A DNA stretch of 64,000 nucleotides from the NCBI GenBank assembly GCA_009377375.1, contig WHUE01000004.1, positions 18,605 through 82,604 on the forward strand, given 5' to 3'. This document shows positions 36,024-46,089 of the stretch, one piece after another. Positions within the stretch are counted from its first letter, which is position 1. Every line of letters begins with the position of its first letter. This DNA is from Alphaproteobacteria bacterium (GTDB lineage: Bacteria > Pseudomonadota > Alphaproteobacteria > MPNO01 > UBA2964). The notes below the pieces were generated by a model. The model was given only the letters and a program-made list of their open reading frames with translations. It did not search any database and was not told where the DNA came from. A program made the position numbers and the translations under genes.

Positions 36024-37049
36024 ATGCGCATGTTTTCCACGATCGCCGCCGCGATCGCGCTGTCCGCAACAGCCGGCGCGGCCCAGGCCGCCGACGCGTT
36101 CTACGACGGCAAGACGGTCAAGCTGGTCAATTTCGGCGGCGCGGCGGGGTCCTATGCCATCTACACCCGCATCTTCGCCAACCATGTCGGCAAGCACATT
36201 CCGGGCAAGCCGAACGTCGTGGTCGACTTCATGGGCGGCGGCGGCGGGCTGAAGGGGCAGAACTACCTCGCCAACGCGGCGCCCCGCGACGGGCTGTTCA
36301 TCGGCATGCCCATGCCGTCGGCGATCACCGCGCCGCTCATCCATCCGAAAAACGCCCGGTTCGACCCGGCCAAGTTCAAGTGGTTCGGCAACCTCACCCA
36401 GCTCCAGACCGGGCTCGGCGTGTGGAAGGCCACGACCAAGGTGCGCTCGATCGAGGACGCCAAGAAGACCGAGGTGGTCATCGGCTCCAGCGGCAAGACG
36501 TCGGAGCTCACCCTGACGCCGCAGCTTCTGAACTCCATCATCGGCACCAAGTTCAAGATCGTGCAGGGCTACAAGTCGCTCGGGCCGATCAACCTGGCGC
36601 TGGAGAAGGGGGAGGTTCAGGGCCGTTCGGGCGGCATGACCGCCTGGCATCCCCTGAAGCCGGAATGGTTCCAGCCGGAAAACAAGATCGCGTTCCTGAC
36701 GCAGGTCGGCATGTCGCGCCATCCGGCGATCCCGGACGTGCCGCTGGTCACCGAGCTGACGACGAACGAGGACGACCGCCTGGTGCTGGAGCTGCTGTCG
36801 CGCTCCACCGTGCTCACCCGGCCGGTCGCCGGGCCGCCGGGCATGCCCAGCGAGCGGGTCGAGGTGATGCGCGCGGCGTTCGACGCCACGCTGAAGGATC
36901 CTGAGTTCGTCGCCGAGATGAAGAAGCGGCGGATGCAGATGATCAGCCCGATGACCTGGCAGGAGATCGACAAGTTCGTCGCCGAAACCCAGGCCACCCC
37001 GGCCCACATCGTCAAGCGCTTCCAGGACGTCCTGGGGGTGAAGGGCTGA
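36024..37049 (+). CDS. Bug/TctC tripartite tricarboxylate transporter substrate-binding protein (orphan)
   Basis: signal peptide AAQA, HIPGKPNVVV, APRDG, LALEKGEVQG, PDVP, GPPGMP. Confidence 0.85.
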   Translation: MRMFSTIAAAIALSATAGAAQAADAFYDGKTVKLVNFGGAAGSYAIYTRIFANHVGKHIPGKPNVVVDFMGGGGGLKGQNYLANAAPRDGLFIGMPMPSAITAPLIHPKNARFDPAKFKWFGNLTQLQTGLGVWKATTKVRSIEDAKKTEVVIGSSGKTSELTLTPQLLNSIIGTKFKIVQGYKSLGPINLALEKGEVQGRSGGMTAWHPLKPEWFQPENKIAFLTQVGMSRHPAIPDVPLVTELTTNEDDRLVLELLSRSTVLTRPVAGPPGMPSERVEVMRAAFDATLKDPEFVAEMKKRRMQMISPMTWQEIDKFVAETQATPAHIVKRFQDVLGVKG

Positions 37050-37083
37050 TCCCGGCCGCCTCACGCGCGGACACGCGAACATG

Positions 37084-37113
37084 AAGGCTCCGCTGGCGAC
37101 GGCGGGGCCTTTT
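37084..37113 (+). terminator. Rho-independent terminator after Bug gene
   Basis: AAGGCTCCGC-loop-GCGGGGCCTT followed by Ts. Confidence 0.55.
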
Positions 37114-37184
37114 CCGTTCACCGCCCCGCAATCAGGCCGAAACGATCCCGGCCCGCATCGCCTCGCGTTCGATCCGCTCGCCCA

Positions 37185-38276
37185 TCACCCGCCCGGCGCG
37201 GGCGAATCGTCCGCCGCCGGGGCGGGCGCGACCACCAGCGCGTTGCGTATCTCGCGCTCTACCAGCGCGGACAGCGCCGGCATGTCCTCGTCCTCGAGAT
37301 ACTGAACCGGGACGATCCAGTTGAAGGTGGCGACGGTCACGCCGACATCCGTCCGCGCCATCTTGAGCCAGAACGTTCGGCGCAGGGATTCGCCGTCCTC
37401 CTCGCTTCGGGAGACGAGCGCGAACATCGCCTCCCCCGGACGATCCTCCATCGCGTCGAACGCGGCCTCCGAAGCATCGCTGCCTGCCTTCTGCGCCTCG
37501 AAGAGATCGTGCGCGGCCTGTTCGATGTCGACGGCCTCGCTGTCGCCGACCCCGTAGGCGATGAAGTCGACCCATAGCGTCCACCGATCGCGCCCCGGCT
37601 CGTTGAAGACGTCCCTGCCGGTCCCGTCCTCGTTCTCGCGCTCGCGCACCCAGCTCTCCGGAACGCGCAGGTAGATGCCGCCGCGGAGCGGCAGGAGCTT
37701 GAGACCGTCGGCGGGCGCAACACGGTCGAACTTGGTGGGCTCCGACTCCCAGTCGGTCTCGGCGACCAGCGTGCGCATGCTGGCCAGCAGCATTCAGCGA
37801 AAGTCCGGATCCGTGTTCGCCGGCGTGCGAAACCGGAACTCGACCACGCGGACATGATCTGGCGGCGCCACGTTTACGCGCCGCCAGATGTCGATCTCCG
37901 CCGTCACCTCCAGCTCGCCGGGCGCGCCGCCCTCGGTGCAGCCGTAATGGACGGTGAGACGTCCGTAATCCGGCTTTCCGTCCCCGTCGCGCACCGGGTT
38001 GACCAATTCCTCCGATGGCGGCGGGGCGGCGGGGTGGTTGAGATAGGACTCGAGCGCGTTGGCGCGGATCGCCTCCGGGTCCTCGAAGCAGGTCAGCTCC
38101 GTCGAGAACGTCGCGCCCGCGATTTCCGCCACCGCGAAGGTCGCCTCGGCGAGGTCCCGGCTTTCCACGCTCCAGTGCTTCGGCACCGGAATCCGCGCCG
38201 CGCCCAGGCCCAGCTCGACCCAGTGGCACGGGTACTGCTCGTATTCGTCGTCCGGTTCACCGCCTCCGGAATCCAT
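37185..38276 (-). pseudogene. two-domain hypothetical gene interrupted by in-frame TGA at 37794-37796 (or two abutting genes)
   Basis: ORFs 37794..38276 and 37185..37793 share a frame: TTT CGC TGA ATG CTG; halves resemble each other. Confidence 0.55.
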
Positions 38277-38392
38277 CCTGCACTCTCCCCTGCAATGCAA
38301 TCCCTGCGTGAAAGGAACAAAGGAGGAACAATCTAATTGCGGTTCGTGAGAGAATCCATCCCTTTTTGCCCCGGCTGTGAAATATTGGCCCC

Positions 38393-39274
38393 ATGATCGT
38401 CTCCGCCTCCTACCGCACCGACATCCCAGCCTATTGGGGGCGCTGGTTCGCGCGCCGGCTGGCCGAGGGCGCGGCCGTCGTGCGCAACCCGTATGGCGGG
38501 CGGGACTACACCGTGTCGCTGCGGCGCGAGGACGTGGACGGGTTCGTGTTCTGGACCAAGAACGCCGCGCCCTTCGCCGAGATCCTGTCTAAGGTGGTGG
38601 CGAAGGGCCTTCCCTTCGTCGTCCAGTACACGGCGACCGGCTATCCGGCCGCGCTGGAGGACGCCGCGCCCGGCGCGGCGCGGAGCGTGGCGGAGATGAA
38701 GCGGCTGCGCGATGCCTTCGGGCCGCGCGCCGTGGTCTGGCGTTACGACCCGGTGGTGGAGACGAGCCTGACGCCGCCCGCCTGGCATCGGGAGAATTTC
38801 GCCCGCCTCGCCCGCGCGCTGCGCGGGACGGTGGACGAGGTCGTCGTCTCCTTCGCCCACCCCTACGCGAAGACCCGGCGCGGGCTCGACGCGGCGGCGG
38901 CCGCGCACGGGTTTTCCTGGCGCGACCCGGCGGCGGATGAGAAGCGCGCGCTGGCCCGCGACCTCGCCGCCATCGCCGCCGAACATGCCATGCGGCTCAC
39001 CCTCTGTTCGCAGCCGGATTACCAGCCGGAAAGAGCTGTGGGCGCGGCCTGCATCGACGCCCGGCGGCTGTCGGATGTCGCCGGGCGGGAGATCGCGGCG
39101 CGGCGGAAGGGCAACCGGCCCGGCTGCCTCTGCGCCGAATCGCGGGATATCGGCGCCTACGACACCTGCCCGATGGGCTGCGTCTACTGCTATGCGGTGG
39201 GTTCGCGCGACGCCGCGCGCCGGGCCGTAGAGACGCAGGCCCCCAACCGCCCCGAAAAACGTCGGAAAATTTGA
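38393..39274 (+). CDS. DUF1848-family protein (C-terminal Fe-S motif)
   Basis: MIVSASYRTDIPA, VFWTKN, WRYDP, DIGAYDTCPMGCVYCYA. Confidence 0.9.
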   Translation: MIVSASYRTDIPAYWGRWFARRLAEGAAVVRNPYGGRDYTVSLRREDVDGFVFWTKNAAPFAEILSKVVAKGLPFVVQYTATGYPAALEDAAPGAARSVAEMKRLRDAFGPRAVVWRYDPVVETSLTPPAWHRENFARLARALRGTVDEVVVSFAHPYAKTRRGLDAAAAAHGFSWRDPAADEKRALARDLAAIAAEHAMRLTLCSQPDYQPERAVGAACIDARRLSDVAGREIAARRKGNRPGCLCAESRDIGAYDTCPMGCVYCYAVGSRDAARRAVETQAPNRPEKRRKI

Positions 39275-39404
39275 CACCGACGCGCGCCGCGCGCGCCATC
39301 CGCGAAGCACCGCAGATCGCCGGCATCCCGGCATTTCCGGCAACCCTCTGATATTCCACGAGAATCCGCAGGCGGTAAAATTCACCCGCGACCGGACCCG
39401 CATC

Positions 39405-39419
39405 TGGCACGGAAATTGC
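39405..39419 (+). promoter_or_regulatory. sigma54 promoter of PEP-CTERM-type gene
   Basis: TGGCAC-GGAAA-TTGC consensus -24/-12, 45 nt before ATG 39465. Confidence 0.75.
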
Positions 39420-39464
39420 TTCAACCATGGCAACGCCCTCTGGCCACTTCGGGAATGCGCAGCC

Positions 39465-40070
39465 ATGACGAAACTCGGCAGGTTTCTTGCCGTATCGGCG
39501 CTCGCCGCGCTGGCGGCCGGCGCCGCCAACGCCGCACCGATCACCTATGACGAGGCCATCGACGGCGATCTGACCCAGTTCATGTCGCTGACGCTGGACA
39601 CCGGCGTCAACACGGTCACCGGCACGTTCAATTTCCTGCCGGGCGACAACGACAACGCCAGCATCGTGGTCGGCCCGGGCAAGCGGCTGGTCGGCGTGAC
39701 GCTCGACATCCTCGGCTTTACGACCACCGGCACGCTGTCGCTGAGCGAGGCGCGTTTCGGCGGCGGGCTGTACGCGCTACCCAGTGTGACGGTCATCAAC
39801 GCGCTGGAGGCCACGCTGATCGAGCACGGCGTCACGCTCGCAACGTCGGCCTCGCTGGACCTGTTCAGCGGCGACCTAGCGGACGGCCGCTATCTCGGCG
39901 GCTTCACCGGCGGGATCGCCACCTCCGGCAGCGGCACGCTGGATGTCGCCTACCGCTGGACCTACGTTGTCGACGACGCGACCGCCGCGGTGCCGGCGCC
40001 GGCGAGTGGGCTGTTGCTGGCTGCGGGACTGGCCGGGCTGGGCCGCATACGGAAGCGCCGCCGGGCCTGA
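39465..40070 (+). CDS. exported protein with PEP-CTERM/VPxPA-CTERM sorting signal
   Basis: signal peptide AANA; C-terminus VPAPASGLLLAAGLAGLGRIRKRRRA. Confidence 0.85.
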   Translation: MTKLGRFLAVSALAALAAGAANAAPITYDEAIDGDLTQFMSLTLDTGVNTVTGTFNFLPGDNDNASIVVGPGKRLVGVTLDILGFTTTGTLSLSEARFGGGLYALPSVTVINALEATLIEHGVTLATSASLDLFSGDLADGRYLGGFTGGIATSGSGTLDVAYRWTYVVDDATAAVPAPASGLLLAAGLAGLGRIRKRRRA

Positions 40071-40074
40071 CCCC

Positions 40075-41358
40075 TCACGCGTCCCGCGCGAGCCGCAGCC
40101 CGGTGAACTGCCAGCGCTGGTCCGGATAGAAGAAGTTGCGGTAGGTGATGCGCGCGTGGCCCGCCGGGGTGACGCAGGACGAGCCGCGCAGCGTCATCTG
40201 GTTGGCCATGAACTTGCCGTTATATTCGCCGACCGCGCCGGCGGCGGGGCGGAAGCCGGGATAGGGCGCGTAGGCGCTCTGCGTCCATTCCCACACGTCG
40301 CCGAGAAGCTGCGCTGGCCCGTCGCCGCCGTTTGCCGCCGCCGCGGGGTGCAGCCGGCCGGAGGCGAGGGTGTTGGCGTCGTCCTCGTCCACCCTCGCGG
40401 CGCGGGCGGCCAGCTCCCACTCGGCTTCCGTCGGCAGGCGCGCGCCGGCCCAGGCGGCGTAGGCGGCGGCCTCGTAGAAGCTCAGATGAGACACCGGCGC
40501 GGCCATGTCGACCGGCCTGAGCCCGCGCAGCGTGAACTCCGCCCAGGACCCGTCCTCCTGCCGGCGCCAGTAATACGGCGCCTCCCAGTCCTGCTCCCGC
40601 ACCGCGGCCCAGCCGTCGGACAGCCAGTGTGCCACGGTCGCATAGCCGCCATCGGCCATGAAGTCGAGATATTCGGCGTTGGTGACGGGGCGCGACGCGA
40701 TCTCCGCGTCCTCCAGCCAGGTCCTGTGGTGCGGAAACTCGTTGTCGAAGCCGAACCCGTTGCCGTCATGGCCGATCTCCTGCACCCCGCCCTCGACGCC
40801 GCACCAGCGCAGCGCCGGCGCCCCCGCCGGGCCTTCGGGCGGGGCTTCGTCGAGATAGGCCGGGTAAAGCGGATTGACCGAGAAGGCGTGCTTGATGTCG
40901 GTCAGCGCCAGCTCCTGATGCTGCTGCTCGTGATGCAGCCCTAGCGTGAACAGCGGGACGATCTCCGCCCACTCCCCCTCCGTCGCTTCCGCGAGGAGGC
41001 GGGTCATCGCGTCGTCGACATGGGCGCGGTAGCCCATGATGTCGGCCAGAGGCGGGCGCGAGAGCATTCCGCGGGCGGGCCGCGCGTGGCGGTCGCCGAC
41101 GGATTCGTAATACGAGTTGAACAGGTAGCTGTAGCGCGGGTGGTATTCGGCGTAGCCGGCGAGGCCGGGCTTGAGCAGGAAGGTCTCGAAGAACCAGGTG
41201 ACGTGGGCGAGGTGCCATTTCGTCGGGCTGGCGTCGGCCATCGACTGGATCTGCTGGTCTTCCGCGCTCAGCCTGGCGGCGACGGCCTCGGTCGCACCGC
41301 GCACCGCGTGATACAGCGCGGTCGCGGCCGCCCGGTCGCCTGTGGCGATGCTGTCCAT
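40075..41358 (-). CDS. egtB: ergothioneine biosynthesis sulfoxide synthase EgtB
   Basis: QSMADASPTKWHLAH, HHEQQHQEL, RLPTEAEWE, GEYNGKFM, YRNFF. Confidence 0.92.
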   Translation of the reverse strand: MDSIATGDRAAATALYHAVRGATEAVAARLSAEDQQIQSMADASPTKWHLAHVTWFFETFLLKPGLAGYAEYHPRYSYLFNSYYESVGDRHARPARGMLSRPPLADIMGYRAHVDDAMTRLLAEATEGEWAEIVPLFTLGLHHEQQHQELALTDIKHAFSVNPLYPAYLDEAPPEGPAGAPALRWCGVEGGVQEIGHDGNGFGFDNEFPHHRTWLEDAEIASRPVTNAEYLDFMADGGYATVAHWLSDGWAAVREQDWEAPYYWRRQEDGSWAEFTLRGLRPVDMAAPVSHLSFYEAAAYAAWAGARLPTEAEWELAARAARVDEDDANTLASGRLHPAAAANGGDGPAQLLGDVWEWTQSAYAPYPGFRPAAGAVGEYNGKFMANQMTLRGSSCVTPAGHARITYRNFFYPDQRWQFTGLRLARDA

Positions 41359-41437
41359 GACTGCCCCCTCTTCGACGCCTGCCCCCACATATGGTGTCTC
41401 CGGCCGCCGCCCGGAACCCGCGGGCAGCGGCGGAACG

Positions 41438-42061
41438 TCATGCGGTTGTATCAACGGTGTGACCGCTCTCGGGCAGCGCCTTGGCGACGCCGACGCGGGC
41501 CGCGCGCAGCAGCCGGTCGTGGATGACGTAGCCATCCTCCATCACCTGCACGACGGTGCCCGGCGGGGCGTCGTTGGTCGGCACCTCGAACATGGCCTCG
41601 TGCAGGTCGTGGTTGAACTTCTCGCCCATCGGCGAGATGCGCTTGATGCCGTGGCGCTCCAGCGCGGCGAGCAGTTCCTTCTCCGTCAGATCGAGGCCTT
41701 CGGCCAGGGTCTTGCCGGCCTCGTCCTCGCGCAGCGACTGCGGCATCGAGTCGAGCGCGCGGCGCAGATTGTCGGCGACCGACAGCATGTCGCGGGCGAA
41801 GTGGGCGGCGGCGTACTTGGCCGCATCCTCGCGGTCCTTGCGGGCGCGGCGGACGACGTTCTCGTTTTCGGCCAGCGCGCGCAGCAGCCGGTCCTTGAGC
41901 ACCGCCGCCTCGTCGGGGGCCTCCGCGGCGGCCTCTTCCGCCGGGTCCGCGGGCGCGGGATCGGCCTCGCGCGCGGCGGCGCCGTCATCCGCCGCGGCCG
42001 GCTCGGGCTGCGGCGCATCTTCCGGGGTTTCGCTCTCCGGTGTCTTCTTCTCGTCCGTCAT
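41438..42061 (-). CDS. grpE: nucleotide exchange factor GrpE
   Basis: LRALAENENV, VADNLRRAL, FNHDLHEAM, DRLLRAARVGV. Confidence 0.95.
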   Translation of the reverse strand: MTDEKKTPESETPEDAPQPEPAAADDGAAAREADPAPADPAEEAAAEAPDEAAVLKDRLLRALAENENVVRRARKDREDAAKYAAAHFARDMLSVADNLRRALDSMPQSLREDEAGKTLAEGLDLTEKELLAALERHGIKRISPMGEKFNHDLHEAMFEVPTNDAPPGTVVQVMEDGYVIHDRLLRAARVGVAKALPESGHTVDTTA

Positions 42062-42069
42062 GTCGTTCC

Positions 42070-43131
42070 TTAGGATTGGCCCATCAGCCGGCCGACGACC
42101 TTCGCGGTGTAGTCGACGATGGGAATGATGCGGGCATAGTTGATGCGCGCCGGCCCGATGACGCCGATGGCGCCGACGATGTTGCCGCGCGCACCGGCGA
42201 AGGGCGCCGCGATCATCGCGCAGCCCGCCATGTTGAACAGGTTGTTCTGGGCGCCGATGTAGATCTGCACCCCGTCCGCCTCGCGCGTGCCCTCGATCAG
42301 CCGCGCCATAAGGTCCTTGGTGTCCAGCGCGTCGAACAGCGCGCGCACGCGCTCCAGGTCGCCGAGCGCGCTGACGTCGTCGAGCAGCCGCGCATGGCCC
42401 TTGATGATCAGCGAGGCGGCGTCGCCGTCGCCCGACCAGGTGGCGAGCCCGGCCTCCACCAGCCCGGCCGTCAGCGCGTCGAGCTGCGCGCGGTGCTCCA
42501 CGATCTCGTTCTGGATCTGGGCGCGCGCCTCGTCCAGCGTGCGGCCGGTGAGGCGGGCGTTGAGATAGTTGGTCGCCTGGGACAGTGCCGAGGGCGGGGT
42601 GCCGACCGGCAGGCGGACCACCCGGTTTTCCACCGCGCCTTCCTCCGACACCATGACCACCAGCGCGCGGCCGTCGCCGAGGCTGACGAATTCGATATGC
42701 CGCAGCGCCCGGTCGAACTTGGGCGCGACCACCAGCCCGGCGCAGCGCGACAGCCCGGACAGGGCGGTGGTCGCCTCTTCCAGCACCTCCTTCAGCGGCT
42801 TGCCGACGGCGGCGCACTGGGCCTCGATCTGCCGGCGCTCCTCGTCCGGCACGCTGCCGATTTCCAGCAGCCCGTCGACGAACAGCCGCAGCCCGGCATC
42901 GGTCGGCATGCGGCCGGCGGAGGTGTGTGGCGCATACAGCAGCCCCATCTCCTCCAGGTCGGCCATCACGTTGCGGATGGTGGCCGGCGACAGCGATCCG
43001 TCGATGCGCCGCGCGAGCGTGCGGGAGCCGGTCGGCTCGCCGGTGTCGAGATAGGCCGTCACGATCTCGGCAAAGATCGTGCGCGAACGCTCGTTCAGCG
43101 CTCCGATCAGCCCATTTGGCGCGCGCTCCAT
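42070..43131 (-). CDS. hrcA: heat-inducible repressor HrcA
   Basis: [33 protein letters not shown]. Confidence 0.96.
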   Translation of the reverse strand: MERAPNGLIGALNERSRTIFAEIVTAYLDTGEPTGSRTLARRIDGSLSPATIRNVMADLEEMGLLYAPHTSAGRMPTDAGLRLFVDGLLEIGSVPDEERRQIEAQCAAVGKPLKEVLEEATTALSGLSRCAGLVVAPKFDRALRHIEFVSLGDGRALVVMVSEEGAVENRVVRLPVGTPPSALSQATNYLNARLTGRTLDEARAQIQNEIVEHRAQLDALTAGLVEAGLATWSGDGDAASLIIKGHARLLDDVSALGDLERVRALFDALDTKDLMARLIEGTREADGVQIYIGAQNNLFNMAGCAMIAAPFAGARGNIVGAIGVIGPARINYARIIPIVDYTAKVVGRLMGQS

Positions 43132-43153
43132 GACCTGTCCTCCGTGCCGGTCG

Positions 43154-43182
43154 AATGTAGTGAGCCCCCCCGGCGAGGTCAA
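43154..43182 (-). promoter_or_regulatory. putative sigma70 promoter of hrcA
   Basis: minus strand TTGACC...TACATT shortly upstream of ATG 43131. Confidence 0.45.
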
Positions 43183-43268
43183 TGTGCGCTGGACGCGGCG
43201 GAGCCCGGGGGTTAGCTTCCGGCCACCGCGGAAAACCGCCAAGACATGTATCGAGAGGAACAGCCGAC

Positions 43269-43994
43269 ATGACCGAACGCCCCTCCGGCCGGGCCCGCGA
43301 CGAGATGCGCGCCGTGACGCTCGAGCCCGGGTTCAGCCCCTATGCGGAGGGCTCCTGCATGGCCCGGTTCGGCAACACCCACGTGTTGTGCACCGCCTCC
43401 GTCGAGGAGCGCGTGCCGCCGTTCCTGCGCAACAGCGGCACCGGCTGGATCACGGCGGAGTACGGCATGCTGCCGCGCTCCACCCATACCCGCACGGACC
43501 GCGAGGCGGCGCGCGGCAAGCAGAGCGGCCGCACGCAGGAGATCCAGCGGCTGATCGGCCGGTCGCTCCGCGCCGTGACCCATCTGGGCGCGATGGGCGA
43601 GCGCCAGATCCGGCTCGACTGCGACGTGATCCAGGCCGACGGCGGCACCCGCACCGCGGCGATCACCGGAAGCTGGGTCGCACTGCGTCTCGCCTTCGAG
43701 AAGCTGGTGGCGGCCGGCGCGCTGGCCGGGGTGCCGATGACCGATTCGGTGGCCGCCGTCTCCTGCGGCATCCACCAGGGCCAGACGGTGCTGGACCTCG
43801 ACTACGCCGAGGACGGCAACGCCGAGGCCGACGCCAATTTCGTCATCACCGGGCGCGGCGGGCTGGTGGAGGTGCAGGGCACCGCCGAGGCGGAGCCGTT
43901 CGCGCGCGAGAAGTTCATCGAGCTGCTCGACCTGGCCGAGCTGGGCGTCAAGACGCTGACCGGGATGCAGCTTCTGGCGCTGAAGCGGCCCTGA
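43269..43994 (+). CDS. rph: ribonuclease PH
   Basis: [31 protein letters not shown]. Confidence 0.97.
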   Translation: MTERPSGRARDEMRAVTLEPGFSPYAEGSCMARFGNTHVLCTASVEERVPPFLRNSGTGWITAEYGMLPRSTHTRTDREAARGKQSGRTQEIQRLIGRSLRAVTHLGAMGERQIRLDCDVIQADGGTRTAAITGSWVALRLAFEKLVAAGALAGVPMTDSVAAVSCGIHQGQTVLDLDYAEDGNAEADANFVITGRGGLVEVQGTAEAEPFAREKFIELLDLAELGVKTLTGMQLLALKRP

Positions 43995-44005
43995 CGCGCG
44001 GTCCC

Positions 44006-44611
44006 GTGGGCAGCGCGCGCAAATTCGGCGGCGGCAGGCTGGTGATCGCCAGCCACAACCCCGGCAAGTGCCGCGAGATCGCGGCGCTGCTGGCGCCCTG
44101 GGACGCCGAGATCGTCTCGGCCGCCGCGCTGGGGCTGGCGGAGCCGGAAGAGACCGGGGCGACCTTCGCCGCCAATGCCGCGCTGAAGGCCCGCGAAGCG
44201 TCGAAAGCCTCCGGCCTGCCAGCCCTGGCCGACGATTCCGGGCTGGCGGTGACCGCGCTGGACGGCGCGCCCGGCATCTATTCCGCACGCTGGGGCGGGG
44301 CGGAGAAGGATTTCGATGCCGCGATGGCGCGGGTGAACTGCGAGCTCGGCGAGGCGGCCGACCGCACGGCCCGCTTCGTCTGCGCCCTGTCGCTGTGCTG
44401 GCCCGACGGCCATGCCGAGACCGTAGAGGGGCTGGTGGAGGGCGCGCTGGTCTGGCCGCCGCGCGGGACGCAGGGCTTCGGCTACGACCCGATCTTCGTG
44501 GCGCGGGGCCATACGGAAACCTTCGGCGAGATGGACCCGGACGCCAAGCATGCGATCAGCCACCGCGCCGACGCGTTCCGCAAGCTTGTCGCCGTCTGCT
44601 TCGCGGCCTAA
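44006..44611 (+). CDS. rdgB: non-canonical purine NTP pyrophosphatase RdgB
   Basis: [25 protein letters not shown]. Confidence 0.95.
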   Translation: MGSARKFGGGRLVIASHNPGKCREIAALLAPWDAEIVSAAALGLAEPEETGATFAANAALKAREASKASGLPALADDSGLAVTALDGAPGIYSARWGGAEKDFDAAMARVNCELGEAADRTARFVCALSLCWPDGHAETVEGLVEGALVWPPRGTQGFGYDPIFVARGHTETFGEMDPDAKHAISHRADAFRKLVAVCFAA

Positions 44612-44652
44612 CTGGCGTTAAACCGGCCGCACAAGGCCGCTTCGGTACCGGA

Positions 44653-45819
44653 ATGCACGATCCATCGCCCGCGGACGGCCTCGCCGTCTATGTCCACTGG
44701 CCGTTCTGCAAGGCCAAGTGTCCCTATTGCGACTTCAACAGCCATGTCCGCGCGGGCGTGGACCAGGGACGCTGGCGCGCGGCGCTGCTGGCGGAGATCG
44801 ACCATTACGCGACCGAAACCAAGGGGCGGGTCGTGACCAGCGTGTTCTTCGGCGGCGGCACGCCGTCGCTGATGCCGACGGAAACGGCAGCGGCGGCGAT
44901 CGGGCGCATCCGCGACCGGTGGGACATGGCGCCCGATGCCGAGATCACGCTGGAAGCCAACCCGACCTCGTCCGAGGCCGCAAAGTTCGAGGCCCTGCAT
45001 GCCGCCGGGGTCAACCGGCTGTCGCTGGGCGTGCAGGCGCTGGACGATTCCGACCTCGCCTTTCTGGGGCGCGAGCACTCCGCCCGGGAGGCGCTGGACG
45101 CCGTCGCGGCGGCGCAGCACGCCGTGCCGCGCAGCTCGTTCGACCTGATCTATGCCCGCCCCGGCCAGACCGCTTCGCGCTGGGCCGACGAGCTGGGCCG
45201 CGCGCTGGAGCTCGCGCACGGCCATATCTCGCTCTACCAGCTCACCATAGAGCGCGGCACGCCGTTCTTCGCCGCCCATCGCGACGGCGGCTTCGCCGTT
45301 CCGGACGACGATCTGGCCGCGACCCTGTTCGAGCAGACCCAGGCGGCGATGGACGCCGCCGGGATGCCGGCCTACGAGATATCCAACCATGCGGCGCCGG
45401 GCGAGGAATCGCGCCACAACCTGACCTACTGGCGGGGCGGGGACTATGTCGGGATCGGCCCCGGCGCGCACGGGCGGCTGACCGTCGACGGTGCGCCGGT
45501 CGCCACCGAGCAGGCACCCGCGCCCGAGACCTGGCTCGCCGCCGTCGAGGCGAAGGGGCACGGCACCCGCAGGCGCGAGACGCTGGCCCCCGACCTGCGT
45601 GCCCGCGAGCGGGTCATGACCGCCCTGCGGCTGAGCGCCGGGCTGGACCGCGCTGAGTTCGAAACGCTGTCGGGGCTGCCGCTGGACGCCGTCATCGACG
45701 CCGCCGCGCTGGCCCGGCTGGTCGAGGCCGGCTATGTGAAGACGGATAACCGCGTCCTGCGCGCCACCGCCGAAGGCCGGCTGCGGCTCAACGCCGTCGT
45801 CGCAGCGCTGCTCGCTTAG
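44653..45819 (+). CDS. hemW: radical SAM heme chaperone HemW
   Basis: YVHWPFCKAKCPYCDFN, FGGGTPS, YEISN, HNLTYW. Confidence 0.95.
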   Translation: MHDPSPADGLAVYVHWPFCKAKCPYCDFNSHVRAGVDQGRWRAALLAEIDHYATETKGRVVTSVFFGGGTPSLMPTETAAAAIGRIRDRWDMAPDAEITLEANPTSSEAAKFEALHAAGVNRLSLGVQALDDSDLAFLGREHSAREALDAVAAAQHAVPRSSFDLIYARPGQTASRWADELGRALELAHGHISLYQLTIERGTPFFAAHRDGGFAVPDDDLAATLFEQTQAAMDAAGMPAYEISNHAAPGEESRHNLTYWRGGDYVGIGPGAHGRLTVDGAPVATEQAPAPETWLAAVEAKGHGTRRRETLAPDLRARERVMTALRLSAGLDRAEFETLSGLPLDAVIDAAALARLVEAGYVKTDNRVLRATAEGRLRLNAVVAALLA

Positions 45820-46089
45820 AGTCTGATCCACCTAAATAGAATCACCTGCGTTGTGCGCAAACGAGACGATCCGCGAGGCGCGGCCCGCAGGGCGATGCCT
45901 TCGCATCGGCCAAGGGTCGCAACGACGCGGGCGGCCGTCTGCGCGCAACCCTCCGGGCCGGGGCCTTTTGCGGCGGGGATGCGTCGCGCGGCTTGCCCGA
46001 TTCTGCGGCATCGCGCTGCGCCACGCTCCTGCCCCCGACGCAAAATGTCCGCGGCGCAGGTGCTTCTATTCAGGTGGATCAGACTCTAA
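45816..46089. mobile_element. MITE-like non-autonomous element with 35-bp terminal inverted repeats
   Basis: left TTAGAGTCTGATCCACCTAAATAGAATCACCTGCG vs reverse complement of right TTAGAGTCTGATCCACCTGAATAGAAGCACCTGCG (33/35); TA on both flanks; internal hairpins; no credible ORF. Confidence 0.8.

Noticed and set aside
40075-41358. selenoneine (SenA) or ovothiol (OvoA) synthase
   Set aside because: No senB/selD neighbours and no C-terminal methyltransferase; motifs fit ordinary EgtB.
35734-43268. CIRCE elements upstream of hrcA, grpE or dnaK
   Set aside because: TTAGCACTC-N9-GAGTGCTAA not found; dnaK has an RpoH-type promoter instead.
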